From Raillietiella orientalis (taxonomy: Eukaryota): 64,000 nucleotides of DNA. Numbering within the stretch: the stretch's first letter is position 1; every line of letters starts with the position of its first letter. The translations under genes were made by a program, and so were the position numbers. Positions 51,970-64,000 of this stretch are shown here, piece by piece. Location of the stretch: NCBI GenBank assembly GCA_036172245.1, contig JAYWIR010000031.1, forward strand, positions 992,001 through 1,056,000, in the 5' to 3' direction. The notes below the pieces were generated by a model that saw only the letters and a list, made by a program, of their open reading frames with translations, was not told the origin of the DNA and did not search any database.

Positions 51970-54900
51970 TTTGTGCTGTCGATTCTTTGATTGCTGTTCT
52001 TTGGCAGTAAAGATAATCCATTCTATGGCAGATTTCGTCTGGATTTCTCTTTCAATCTCTTCGCCTCTCGTCCAAAATTTGAACTATTCTTCCAGAATAA
52101 GCACCTTTAATAGTTGAGTCACCGTTAATAAACAACTGCCTTTTCAAAGAAGCGAGTATTACTACTATGTGAACAAAAATATTTCAAGCTCAGGAGGCAG
52201 CAAGGGATCTCTCAAAAAGGTTGGTAGCATTCTGCTTCATGTGGACTAGAGCATGGCTTCTAGCCACATCGTACATTTACTTCTAAAATTTATATATACC
52301 TTATTATTTCAATTAACATTAAACCTCATGCAAAAATCATTGCTAATAGCCTTAAAATGAAGCATAATTAAATCCTAAATTTAATACATATATTTCTGTC
52401 ATATTAGCATAAAGAAATTTTACCTTTTTGATGTAAACAAAATATTCATTAAACTATTTCTTTTACAAAGAGGACAGACATTCGTTTAGTATGAACCCCA
52501 TGAAGTATTATTAAGGAAAACTGATCATCGTAATCAATGCGTGCACATTCCCGGTGAAAAATTCCATCGTTTGCTCATCAGTTTCATATTCCAGGTCAAG
52601 GTTCGCCTACCTCTTTTAGTCAGCTCCTTGCTTTTCCGATGTTAATCTTCGTTTTCCTCCTTCTTACTGGCATCCTTCAAGTACTTTTGGATCTTGGAGA
52701 AACTTTTTACAAAGTATCCCGGAGTCTCCTTCACAGATGAATGTGGTTCACTTGACCATGGCCACTGTTCTCGGTACACATCACCTGCATGTATTCAAAG
52801 AGGATTCATGTTTTATGGTGTTGTGAGATCTAAAGGTAGCTTCTGGCAAACCGATGCATCATTTGGAAGACATCAGAATGCTGCGAGAGGCGAAGAACAC
52901 GTCGTGCATTCCCCGATTTCAGACGAATCCAAGGGGAATTTTCATTATGTTACCTGTTGACCTAGCAGCTCACGAGTAGCTCAACATGGTACAAATCGCA
53001 AGGTGCTAGAGAGCGTCTGGATAGATGCGCTCAGATAATTATTGTCACCGTGGCTTCCATAGAACTCCGCAAAGCTATTCCAGTGGACCAAAGGAATACA
53101 ACGTATTAATGGAAGGTAAATGCTTTGCTTCTCAAAGGGATTTCCAAACTTTCTCATGAAACTGAAGGCTGAGCGAGTCCAAACAAGCAAATTAGAGAAC
53201 CATTTCTATCTTGGACGATAAAATCACCTTGGCAATGTGTTCAGGTGGTTGTTTTCCTCTGAAGCCGTTTTTCTCTTGCTGATAAATAGACTCAGGCAAG
53301 TAATGGTTTCCGTCTGTGGATGCTTGGACAGTACCCTAAGCTAAAACTGAATCTTGCTTACCATTCTCCTGGTGCATTCCGAGCTCTTAGGAGGTTCCGA
53401 AGTTCGATTATCTCCGAAGCTCCTTATTCAAAGAATTGGCTGCATGTCAACGGTATCCAAAAACATCCTCCTCAGATCTGCTAGCTAAGTATCCGAATAC
53501 TGAACTACTACTTTCGTGTCTCTGCTTTCAGGAATTTTTTCAGATCTGATGTCGCCTACCGTTCTTGCATGCATTTTCGCTCATCAGAAACGATTGGGTT
53601 TCCTGCAGGCATGCTGATATTCTCTGATGAGATCCGAAGAGATCTGCAAATCCATCCTTAGTTTCCAGCAGTGTGAAATCAAGATCACGAATTAGGTTAT
53701 CCGCGAAGTACGTCAGCGGATAATTCCAGTCCTTTGTTATTGGTCAAGAGGTCTTGCCCCCTTATTCCTTGTTTTTGTAGGGTTGCTCCTCTCGTGGCTT
53801 ACTGGACGCTACTTGCCTGCACGCTGTCTTGAACCCCTCAGGCGTTTTTTTTTTTTTTTTGTTCCTCAATACTCATACTTTGCATTTTCGCTTATAGAAT
53901 GTGCCTTAGTTCGGGCAATCTCCTCAAAACTGACGACTCATTACAGAAACCAAGGTGAAAATGATGTCATGGACGTTCTTGTCCCGCTTTCAATCACGAA
54001 AGCATGGTCGCTGAAACGCTGCTTTCGGAAAATCCGTTTCATAACTTGAGTCTTCAAAACCATCACTAGGAACACGGCAAAAGTGCAAGTGGCCGACAAT
54101 CGCAACTTCCTTTTAGATGGAAATGGCACAGAAGATCTTACGAGAAGAACTTATCGAAGCGTTCTGAGAAATTCTTGTTCTTTATGGCTGGTCACAAGCA
54201 GGTTCCCATTTGCGTCTGCTCGGATCATCGCAGCTGATGCTCACCATCTTGTCCTGGTCATCCTCATGAAATCCTTCGGCAAAGTCTCTGATGCCACTCG
54301 GCGAAGTTCCTCAAGCTGCACTAGTTCCTTGGTACGTCGGAGTAGGTCCTTATCTTCCCAAACTTCCGGGCGGATGCACACCCTTCCCCATCAGCATCCC
54401 ACTCCGCATCTGCCTGCCCTGCTGTAGCAGGACGCCGTGAACGTTCCCATGTGCCACTGAACAGCGAAGATGTGAATGATATGTGAATAATGTGCACGAA
54501 ACTCTATCGGTACTTCATTCAGACTTCTCATGCATATCAGTGGGCATTTCACGCGTATATGCGTGAGAAATCAGAACGATACAGAAAACTGGATCAGAAA
54601 GAATCTCTGCTGCCGTACGTGCACCATATCACTGGTGCACTATACGTCAGAAGGGTGAAGGATGGATTGCTCAGTTAGAGCAGGGCATTTTCCCCACTGA
54701 AGAGGAAGGAAGGGTCAAGGCATCTGAATTTTCATGGCATACATTGCCAAAGTGGCATCTTGGCAATTCTTGGCTTTCATTCAAGCCTCTCTAATGCAAA
54801 TGAAAACCGCAGTGGATCGAGAAGTGGAAAGGAAGCCACACGCATTCCGAGGAGAATGAGCGACTTTTTGTGGCTGTGTAGATTTCTAGTCCATTTGTGG

Positions 54901-55812
54901 AATAGGGCAGTTTTTACCTGGTATTTGGAACCAAAAATCGATTGGGAAACGAAGACTTCTTTGGATACTTTCTGGGGGAGGAGGGGAAACCTTCTCCAAA
55001 CAAAGAACACCCAGCCAGCCACCAAGAACAAATTGGTCGTTTATTCTCAACATGTTCTTGACTAGAATAATGATGTGGTACAATGCCTCATTTTTTTTTT
55101 TTGGTGTGTTAATGCTCATTGTGAAACAGCCAGTCAGCACATCAACCATCGTGTATGAGATCAGAAGGCAGACAAATCAACAGGAGATGTTTGCATCTTG
55201 GCTTGCGGCTCGGCTGCACTTGCACTCAAGGAACTTCTGTCCTGGTCAGCTCTTTGCATGCTGTCATTCCTCCCCGCGCTGCCTCGGTTCCTGTCGCGAT
55301 GCCGCTGCGCATGAAATCCACATTCATCCAGTTGAAAGAAAAGAAAAAAAAAGAAAGAAAGAAAAAGAAACCGTCATGCCAAAAAAATAGGGGAAGAGGG
55401 GGAGCAGATGGGGGCTTGCGAATGCTGTGGCCTGTATGGGTGGAGGGAAGGTGGAATATGAATCACTGCACCTCTCGCACACACCACGGAAAGATCGGTG
55501 CATCTCGTGCAAAGTGCCTTCCACTTTGCATCAGAAAAAGTCAGCCGGTCATATAACGCGCTCTCCGTTGGTTTTTTTTGCTCCGCATTTCTTATGAGCA
55601 ACGGTACGGGCGACGATCCTAACAGGCCGGTTTTTGCAGCCTCCCGTGCACGGAAACACGGACACGTGTCAGGGAGTGCCTCTCGAATTCCTGGCGGCGT
55701 TTTACAGGTCTTCACCTGCAGGCTGCGCGAGAAAGGCGAGACTCTCGTCTTGAGGATACCTGGACGCGACTTGGAAAGCTTGGAAAGCCCTTTGTAGACT
55801 GTGGATTTGGGA

Positions 55813-55842
55813 CTTCCCCCCCCCCCTTTTGGGGGGGGGAAG
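55813..55842. repeat. Inverted repeat CTT-C11-TTTT-G9-AAG
   Basis: Its reverse complement has the same Cn-AAAA-Gn layout as 36077..36116. Confidence 0.8.
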
Positions 55843-56538
55843 GGGCTCTTTCGGAATTTGTGAGATGGCCGGGGACCATTCTGCTTTCTGATCCACAGTC
55901 TGATCAGCGGAAACCCGCGGGACGAGAACGGACGGGCGTCACGGATCCACTGCCACGTGGAAGAATCCGAGTGAAAAGACGTGGGGTGGGGGCACAACGG
56001 CACCAGCGAGCGCACTGCTTCTTCCGCTCCTGACATGCAAGGAGGGCATGGCTGAGAAAAAGCGCTGCGCCTCGGCCGCGGTTCTGGAGAACTACGCTCC
56101 GCTCGCCCCCGCCGAAGAACGCAAGGGCCAGACTCGAAAAGTGCAGTGCTCCTTGCAGCGTCCATCCAATCTCCGGTGGCTCTCTGGAGGACCTCAAAGC
56201 GGACGCTCCGGCGAGAATTTCCGCTTCGCGGATCACGTGATCGGAGGAGACGGGAATGTGCGAGTTCCTTGGAGTGTCTTCCGCCCGAGCCTCTCTGCGC
56301 CACCGGCCATGTCTGATCCTGATTCCTGAATCTTCCTGAACGCGGTCGAGTCCTTCCTACCCACGCATGTGGAAAGACCGTTCGTCTTTCCAGAAAGAAG
56401 GCAGGGGTCACGGGACAAAAAACCGAGCCACCGCAGTTCCCAAAGGAATCGCCCAAGCGCCGCTCCGTTCGCTCGCGAGCTACGTGATGGCCGCAGCATC
56501 TCGGTGCGTCTGGAAAAAGCTCATCAGCTCGGAAGCGC

Positions 56539-56573
56539 AGAGAGAGAAAAAGGGAGAGAGAGAGAGAGAGAGA
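56539..56573. repeat. Imperfect (GA)n microsatellite
   Basis: Direct observation. Confidence 0.9.
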
Positions 56574-59500
56574 TCTTCTCAAGAACGAGTCCCCCGCATC
56601 AAAAGCTTTGCGGACCGAGGCAAAAACTTTTCCGACCAATGGCTACGTAAGGTCACAGGCGAGGCAGAAATGAAAGCAAGGAATCTGGAGGGAACGAATT
56701 CCGGCAACGCTGCCCGATGCGATGAATTACCGGAACGGATGCGCTGCGGGAGAAACGATCGGCAGGGAAGATGGCGCTGATCCTACGATCCGTAGAGGAA
56801 TGGTTCTTCTTGACGCGCGCAGAACGTATCCGGGTCTAGAAAGCGGCGGGTAAATTGCCCGGCAGGAAAAGGAAAAAAAAGAAAAAAAAATGAAAGTTGG
56901 ATGCAGTGTCAACAGGATCACCCAACTAGGAGGAAAATGAGAAAATAATGATGGGACGAAATGCGCAGTGGGTCTCTCTCTGCAGGGGAACTTGCGCGAC
57001 GGAACGCATCAGCGGGTTGGAGCTTGTCTAGTGGGGGCGAAACCTCCTGGCGACCGGGAAGGCTCCGGAATTCCGCAGCCGGAGTGCGAAACATCCTCGT
57101 TTCCTCTTCGGGCGACCAGCCCCGGACCTGAGAGGAGGAAATTTCGGGAAAACGAAAGGACAAACGTTTCCTATCCCCGCCGGCTCTCGTGAGTCGGAAA
57201 GCGCTGCGGCATATGCATTCGATATCCCGCGATACCGGGACAGACTCGCCCATTCCTCCCGGCAGGAAAAGGGGTCCCGTCTTTCAGTGCGCAAAGACGC
57301 CTCGGCCACATCGTCAAAACCTGGACACCCAGGGAGGGCGCAGCGATTTCCGGAAGTTCCCCCGAAAGCTACCTTGCACACTTGGAGCTCCTTGTTTGGG
57401 AGAGTATTTTTCCCAGCAACCCTGGATGGTTCGATTCTTCTAGCTCACAGAGAGAGCTAGAAGCTGCTGCTCGTCGGCTCATTGAAGGAGGGTGGGTAAA
57501 AAACTCGTTACGAGTGCATTCGGAGACTTTTGGACTCTGGGCATTTTTTTTTTTTTGGCAAGACAATTTGCCGCTTTCTCCTCCCCCCTCCTGCATCTTT
57601 GACAAAGGAAAACTCCCCTTTATTTTCTTTCATAGTCAAGGAAAATTGCCTGACGGCGTATCGAGTCGGTGGATTTGGACAGAGATAGGGAACTCAGGAA
57701 TGCCCCCAGGATTGCAAGATATGCGCGCTGTCCAAAAGCTGAAGACGCAGTCCAGCCACCACGTCGTCGTCGCTCGAGGCAAACAATCTGATGCCAAAAA
57801 ACGTCGAGCAGCACACCGAGCAACGAGTGACGAGGCAGCCTTCTCGCTCCTGCGAAGCTCTTCTTGCAGCCACGGCTTCCCAGGACATGCGTGAACCCGA
57901 GACGGTCTGTTTGTCTTCGCGCCGCTCACCTCTTGAGGAACGGACGTTCCCTGCCTATACACACGCATCAAATGGAGTCAGTCTGCTCTGCTAGAGAGAG
58001 GTTCTTTCCTTCCCACTGAAGAGAGGGGCTGGGCGAATGTGAAACCAGCATCTCATCTTTCTCCCTGCAGCTTTCCAGAGAGGGATAGAGGCACGAGCAA
58101 GACAGCAAACCTGCCTTCCTGTCTCGCATATGTGTCCAGGAAGCAGGGGGAAGCGGCGCATCTTCTAGTAGCATCCAGTCGACCGCCTCTTCCAACTTGG
58201 AATCCGGCAAGTTTATCCAACGAAATGTGGTCAAAGCAGTGCCTTGAGCGGTTTGACGCTTGCCCCGTTCGCATAACCAGCCATGAGATCAACAAAGTAG
58301 CCACTCGACTTCGGTGGAGACACAGGGATGCTCTGCGTCGCTTTTTGCTGCTGTGTCTTCGCTGATCACAGTTTTTGCAGGAGAGCACTGAGGTGCATCG
58401 AAGAGACTGCTGCACAAAGTGATTGGTCCACACTAGCCAACTAGAGATGGTTAATTAACAAGCAGCATGCTTGCAAATGTATGATCATCATGAAACATAG
58501 GGATCAATTAATGGCAACCTCACTGACATCAGCAGACCATCCCATATCGCCCAGTAGGCTGCTTTTTGGTTTTGCATGCCCGCTGGCAGAAGAACGCAAG
58601 GAACTCAAAATTCCAGCATAAAGCTCTCTCTCCGATACGAGAAACTTCTGTAGCACGTGCTATTTCCGTGCTATTTTGAAGTTCGAATTCTCTCACGGAA
58701 GCTCCACACCCTTTTGATGCTGCAGAAAAGTGACTCTGGAGTGGAATATTTGGATATTTTCGCACTCATTTGTTATCCTTAAAATGCTGAATGAATTCCA
58801 TGATGAACCTCAGTTCTGAGAGGTTCATTTTTTTTTTTTTTTGTGATGTTCAAATTCATTGGGGGTGAATGCTTCAGAAGCTATCCTGCTCTTGCAAGGA
58901 TTTCAAGACCATGGGATATACTAAGAGTGAGCTATTCGAAGGCTGCCAGTTTTTGTTAAGGTAAGAGTTTAAGAAGATTGAATCAGGAAGTCACAACGCG
59001 TGCCGCTTTCACCTTTATGACAATTTTTCAGTTTTAAAATGAAAAAAAATCCAAGTGTCATGGACGTAGACTTTTGATTTTCCTTGTTTTCCGAACTTTT
59101 TTGATCTCTACATGTGGTTACTTAGCATCAACTCTCAACAACATGAACCTCATCAAACAGGGTCAGTTCCAAGGTTTGACCAGCACGGTTTCAAGAATGA
59201 CTCTTTTCAGTGCATTGGTGCTTACTGAACTCTCCGTTTTCAGGAACTCCATTAGTAAGGCAAAATTTCACTCTTCAGCATCGGAATGGACGTGTGCTTT
59301 CTTCAAGAATTGCACTTTTCTATCAAACATCAGCGCAACGACAAGGATGCGATACCTCAGACAGCCATTTTCCCGGACTAGAAAGTTTTCCTACATAAAT
59401 TTCACTAGCTGTGAGTGTTCGTTGAGATGAAAGAAGTGAAAACTCTGGCTTTCCATTTTCCATTTAGCTCGAGTAAAGCTGTAAGCATTCTGGAACATTC

Positions 59501-61587
59501 TGCGAACGAATTCACTTTTGCCAGCGCCCACCTTGAACGGCATCATGATAACGCAGCATCTTACACGATGGAACGTTTGTGAGAGTCTAACCCAGGATGA
59601 TTCGCCGTTCGAATTCGGCATCTTTATGGGTGTACTTTCTGATTCGGGTACTTTATGGGTTATCATCGTTTATTCGGACATTCTGCTCAAAGAGACGCAA
59701 CGAAAATTCAATTCATATTTGATTTAAAGGAGGAATCTGATTCTGCTACCATGGAGTCCGTGTGGAAACGAGCGAAAAAACGCTGCTTCCCAACGAAAGA
59801 CTCATCAAACCAAACTGATGACCTCCCCCCCCTCCTGTTTTTCTTCCGTGAACGGAAGAAAAACAGTTCACCTTCGTGATTCCTGTTAAAATTCATTTAA
59901 AGCAAGAGAAGATTCCCTGTCCACATAACAGTAATCAAAACTAAAGGGGACGGGCAGGAAGATTTCGAAGCAAGTCTTCTCCCGGCGAGCCATGATGCCC
60001 TGTGACGAGATGCTTTGACACCCTGACGCAATCATGTGCAAGCGCGAAATCTTTGCCTCGAAACATCCAGAGTGCGCCTTGACAGTGGCTCAACTTTTCA
60101 TTTCGATAAAAAAGAATCCGAGCTTGCCAGAAGAATTTGCAAAACTCCCAGCAGCACCTCGGCCTTCCTAGAAAATCGATCCTTCCCTACGATTTCCATT
60201 TCTGCGCACTTGTATTGAACCATTTTCCCCATCAGATGGAATAAATAGGCATCTCGTGTGATCGACCCAAGCGCACTAGTGACCTTAGGAAACCGTGAAA
60301 AATGTCTTCTCATTCTTGAGACCCTGAATTGGTCAGCACGGTTTTTTCATAATGGTGCCTCGTTTGAATAATTCGAGTTCGTAATCATCTGCTACGAGAC
60401 CAGGATGCTGGGAAATGCACCCAGGCGGATAGTCCCGGAACTACGTTTCTGCATGAAGCGACGAAGGGATCGCGAATCTGTTCCCATGAGTCTGGATGTG
60501 ATTTAACTGAATGGGAGGCAACCATCATTCTTTGCCTTCTGAAATCCATCACACTGGCCAGCGGATCAAAGTAGGTCAAATCCTAGGCGCAGTTCTAATT
60601 GGATTACTATGATTCTTCGTCTTGCAGAAATCTCATTGAGAATGAATGATAGAACGCCTGAGGCGAAGTCTCTTGATTTTTTCTTAATTGAAGGTACATA
60701 GTTCAAAGCACAGTTACCAAAACGCAAACTGTAATCGAGAAGATCAAAAACTGACTCCTTGATCTGCTCACTGTTATTATACTAGCAAACCGTGTTTTTT
60801 TGTTCCATTACGTAGCAGTGCAGGATTTGCTCAGACGGCTGCTGATTCTAAGAGGGTGTAAGAAACCATTGGAAGACAAAAACATCTTTGTTGTCTTTAA
60901 GCTACGGAGGAATGTGAAAACGGATTCATCTCTAAGCTTTGTTCCAGACCGTTTCTTCATTTATTTTTGAATCATCAAACCACAGAGTAAATAATTGTCA
61001 GCATTATACCGAAAAGCACTGAAAGGGGAAAATCCTCCTTTCAGCGAAATTAACCCGCGTCCTTGAACATCTATTACTTGTTCAAATAATTTGTTCTCCC
61101 GTTGTTTTCAATCCGACTGCAGTACAAAAAATAAATGCCTTTCAGAAGGGGTATTGGTGAACGTCGACACGCCTCGGAATCCTCCTCTCCTTTTCGGAGA
61201 CCCTTCCCGTGTCGGCGGAGGAGCTTCCTTCGAGAGAAACTCGGTTTCGTGGACCCGAAGTGGATAACCCATCCTGGCACAGACTGTATCGTGGACCAAC
61301 AACAGCTGAGAGCAAGAAACCCGACGGAAACAGCGTGCTTGGAGCTTCTCGCAGCGCACACTCCGCCAGCCCAGCTTCCTTCCGCTTCATAGGCTCAGCT
61401 CATTTTGATCACATGTCAGCTTCTTCCACACATTTTCGAGTGAACCCGTACACGTACACTTGCATTGGACAGTAGCAGTTTGAATTCATGAGGAGGCATA
61501 CTCGGATGGTCGTCCTGCAAACGTGCATTAAACAAAACAGTTCATGTGTGTCTTCTACTGTACATCAGGATCACTATACGTAGCTAG

Positions 61588-61664
61588 CACGTGTTTGCAC
61601 GTGTATATTCGGCGAAAAACACACGGAGAGCACACGGTAAAATGAATACACGCGTATGCACGTG
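61588..61664. promoter_or_regulatory. Cluster of bHLH-type sites: CACGTG x3 and CACGCG x1
   Basis: CACGTG at 61588, 61598 and 61659; CACGCG at 61649. Function is untested. Confidence 0.35.
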
Positions 61665-62949
61665 CGCATGCGAATCACAAGTGCATGATTATGTATGAGT
61701 TTGTACACAGTTTGATTTGTACTTGCATGCGCAAGCCTACAAATGCGGATTTTAAGTTCGTATGAATCTGTTTGTCGAAACACACACCTTGAAACACACA
61801 TATGTGCGTAGGCGCTCTCATTTCCTTCAGCGCCCAGCTGGCACGGTCGGAATACACCTCTGTGTTCCCAAAAGTGTTGCTGCTTAGTCAGTGGGCAGCA
61901 AATACGGCAACTTCTGACGTTTCTTCGTTTTCGTTGATGTCATCCCGTTCCTGCTCCTCAGACAACGGGAGGCACTGATTCCCCTATGGATTATGGGAGG
62001 TGTGCAACGGATTGTAAGAGCATTCCAGGAGTAAATTTTTGTCTTCTCGTAAGAGTTCTTCTTGCTCCCGGACCTTCCTTGTGGGGACAAGGGATCAGTA
62101 ACGTTGCTGGGGATTCAAACGAGTATTCAGTTATCGTCGAATTAGAAGACGAACTGAAAAGAAGAGCTGGTGCTCATTCGATTATTACAGTAATTATAAC
62201 TATTAATTAACGCTGTTCTTTGATATCGAATGATTCGGAGGATGAAAACTTAGAGGCTGCATCCACAGTAGACAGGGAAACTCGCAATGAAATTAAGGCG
62301 TCCAGCAAAAAACCGGATAAGGTAGCGGTTAGGAAAGAAACTGATGCTAACGACCACTCAGGATTCGCGTCCACTTTATTGCCATTGGCAATGTTAAAAG
62401 TTTCCTGTATTCAGAAAACGCAAATCTTGGTTGACTGCTCTTCCAGCCGTCCTCAGCTGAAAAAAGTGAGATGCATGAGATTTTGAGAAACGAAGATCAT
62501 TCAGAGGAGTGACTCTTATACGTCTGTCTCCCTTACGTCTAGAAATCTGACCCCTTTCTCGAGATCCATTTTTAAGAGACTGCTCAGACTCAGTAAAACG
62601 CGTGTCATGTCTGCGTTTCTCCACTCCAGAATGGTCTCATTGCTGATGCTGCACCACCGCTCGTTTAAGAAACAGTGGTTACAGGAAGACCCGAATTGTT
62701 TTTCGTTTTCCGCTTTTGTTTTTCCTCACTCGAACAGACTGAAGATCGAAGAAGCTTGCCTGGTTGCCAACTGATGGAAATCTGGTCATCCTAAGGCTTT
62801 GCCAGCGAACGCTCACTCCATCCCGGCAACGGCATCTCGCCGACGAACTTACTCCATGGCAGCCGCAAATGTCCCAGCGCACTCCACGGAATCTCTCGTG
62901 AAAGCCTGTCGAGACTGCATCAAAGGGAATCTTTCGCGATCGGTTTTAT

Positions 62950-64000
62950 TCGAATCTTCATAGAAAGTTTTCATCCAGCGGTCGCTTTCACTCGGCGTAA
63001 CTTTCAGTTTTGCCAGATCGAAAGACGAAAGACAATCGTCCTGCTCTGGCCCTCCATTCACCGGTGGACCGATGCACGAACGGTGGCGGCGGTGCGAAAT
63101 GGCACTGCGAACCGGAACTGAAGCCGGAAACTCGCGGCAGCTCTTGGGGGCCAATTCGGAGAGATCCGGCCGACACCGGACTCGTGCTGGCGCTGCTGCG
63201 TTCGCCGGCTGCCTCCTTGGCGAGGGCTGGTCCGCACGTTTCGGCAAGAGCCTCCTGCCGGATAGACTCCGCGGCGTGTGTCTGCGAGTCATCCAGCCAT
63301 GAAACGGGTCCAGTCGGAGGAACAAAAGCGCTCTTAAGCTGGGAGGGTCTCTCTCAAAGGGTGCGTGTGCCGCGTGCCAGCCGCAATCCCTTTCGGGAAA
63401 GGCCGCTGGTCCATCCGGGAAACGAACTCGCGAAGCTCGCGAACGCCTCTCCGTCCATCCCTTCCAGCATTCCAACGATTCCGCCGCCGCCGCTGCGCAA
63501 AGTCCTCGAAAGACGCTCTGCCGTGTTCCGAATCGCGCGTGGCCCCTGTGGCGGCGGCGTGCCGAGGGAGCGAGCGGAGCTTCCGCTCTCGAGGATGTGC
63601 ACTCTCTGGTGGCGTCGACTTCCACCTTTCTGCGACACGGAAAAATGCAGCGGAGGCACTTCCGTGTTTCCTCGAATTCCGTCCGCCGGTAGCTTTCCGC
63701 AAGCGGTCGGTCCTGTCTTCGCAGGAGCTCCAGTTTGTGGGAAAAAACATCCGTTCAGGTAAAACGAATTTCAGAAGGGAAAAAGACTTTGCTCGAGTTC
63801 AATGCTCCATCGTTACACGCGCGGAAGATTTCGGCATCCCAGGGTTTCCCCCGATGCTGCAGGAATCGCAAACGCAGAGCGCGCGCGCATGCGCGCTTCC
63901 TTCCCGACATCCGCTGCTGCGCCGGGGGATCTACCCTCCAAAGAGGGAACCTTCCGAAGGTGAATTTTCGTGAACCAGGAGACGGGAGAGGTTTTCCTTT
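62950..64000. other. GC/CpG-rich island running to the window end
   Basis: Composition shift, with long overlapping ORFs on both strands and no recognisable domains. Confidence 0.55.

Larger units (their letters stand above)
55550..57400. other. GC/CpG-rich island with a GA repeat
   Basis: Composition shift like that at 44.4-49.4 kb, with (GA)n at 56539-56573. Boundaries are approximate. Confidence 0.55.

Noticed and set aside
52694..52960. TDAS motif reminiscent of LTR-retrotransposon RNase H
   Set aside because: There is no following G.GAVL motif and no RT or integrase remnants nearby.
53560..53650. Hammerhead ribozyme-like cores (minus-strand CTGATGA-GC-GAAA at 53587-53575; plus-strand CTGATGA plus stem at 53624)
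   Set aside because: The first has no room for stem II and no valid NUH cleavage triplet after stem III. The second lacks GAAA after stem II.
55374..56639. 421-aa minus-strand ORF
   Set aside because: It runs through a GA microsatellite (SLSLSL) and a C/G hairpin, is Arg/Ser/Pro-rich with no domain, and is explained by stop-codon depletion in the GC island.
57420..57450. GGTTCGATTC (tRNA T-loop / B-box-like)
   Set aside because: No cloverleaf, a mismatched T-stem, and no A-box at the proper distance.
58803..58842. 9-bp stem-loop followed by a T run, resembling a Rho-independent terminator
   Set aside because: The context is eukaryotic, there is no upstream gene, and T runs are ubiquitous here.
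62849..63973. Overlapping 202-258 aa ORFs
   Set aside because: Same GC-island effect; no coding signature.

Overview
This is eukaryotic genomic DNA, probably from an arthropod (inferred from a YGPP/YGAP/YSAP-repeat structural protein and its gene architecture). It is gene-poor and full of homopolymer runs. Two convergent, intron-containing genes for secreted low-complexity proteins can be reconstructed with phase-consistent GT-AG splice sites. Gene A (+ strand, about 5228-7856, about 696 aa) is an orphan Ser/Pro/Asn-rich glycoprotein-like protein. Gene B (- strand, 22822 to at least 24675, probable first exon at 26404-26415, about 583 aa) is a pro-resilin-like/cuticle-type Tyr-Pro-Ser-Gly-Lys repeat protein with no recognisable chitin-binding domain. 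Between them lie two diverged inverted copies of a hairpin-dense repeat of about 0.5-0.7 kb (about 9.3-10.0 kb and 16.5-17.1 kb). From about 27 kb to 64 kb I recognise no conserved protein domain. That region has sharply bounded GC-rich, TpA-depleted islands (which explain most long ORFs in the track), GA repeats, an E-box cluster, Cn-AAAA-Gn hairpins and microsatellites. I found no rRNA, tRNA, CRISPR array or intact transposase/RT gene, and I cannot support a claim of a new multi-gene system. The best leads are the hairpin-rich inverted repeat pair, the two secreted proteins and the GC islands.
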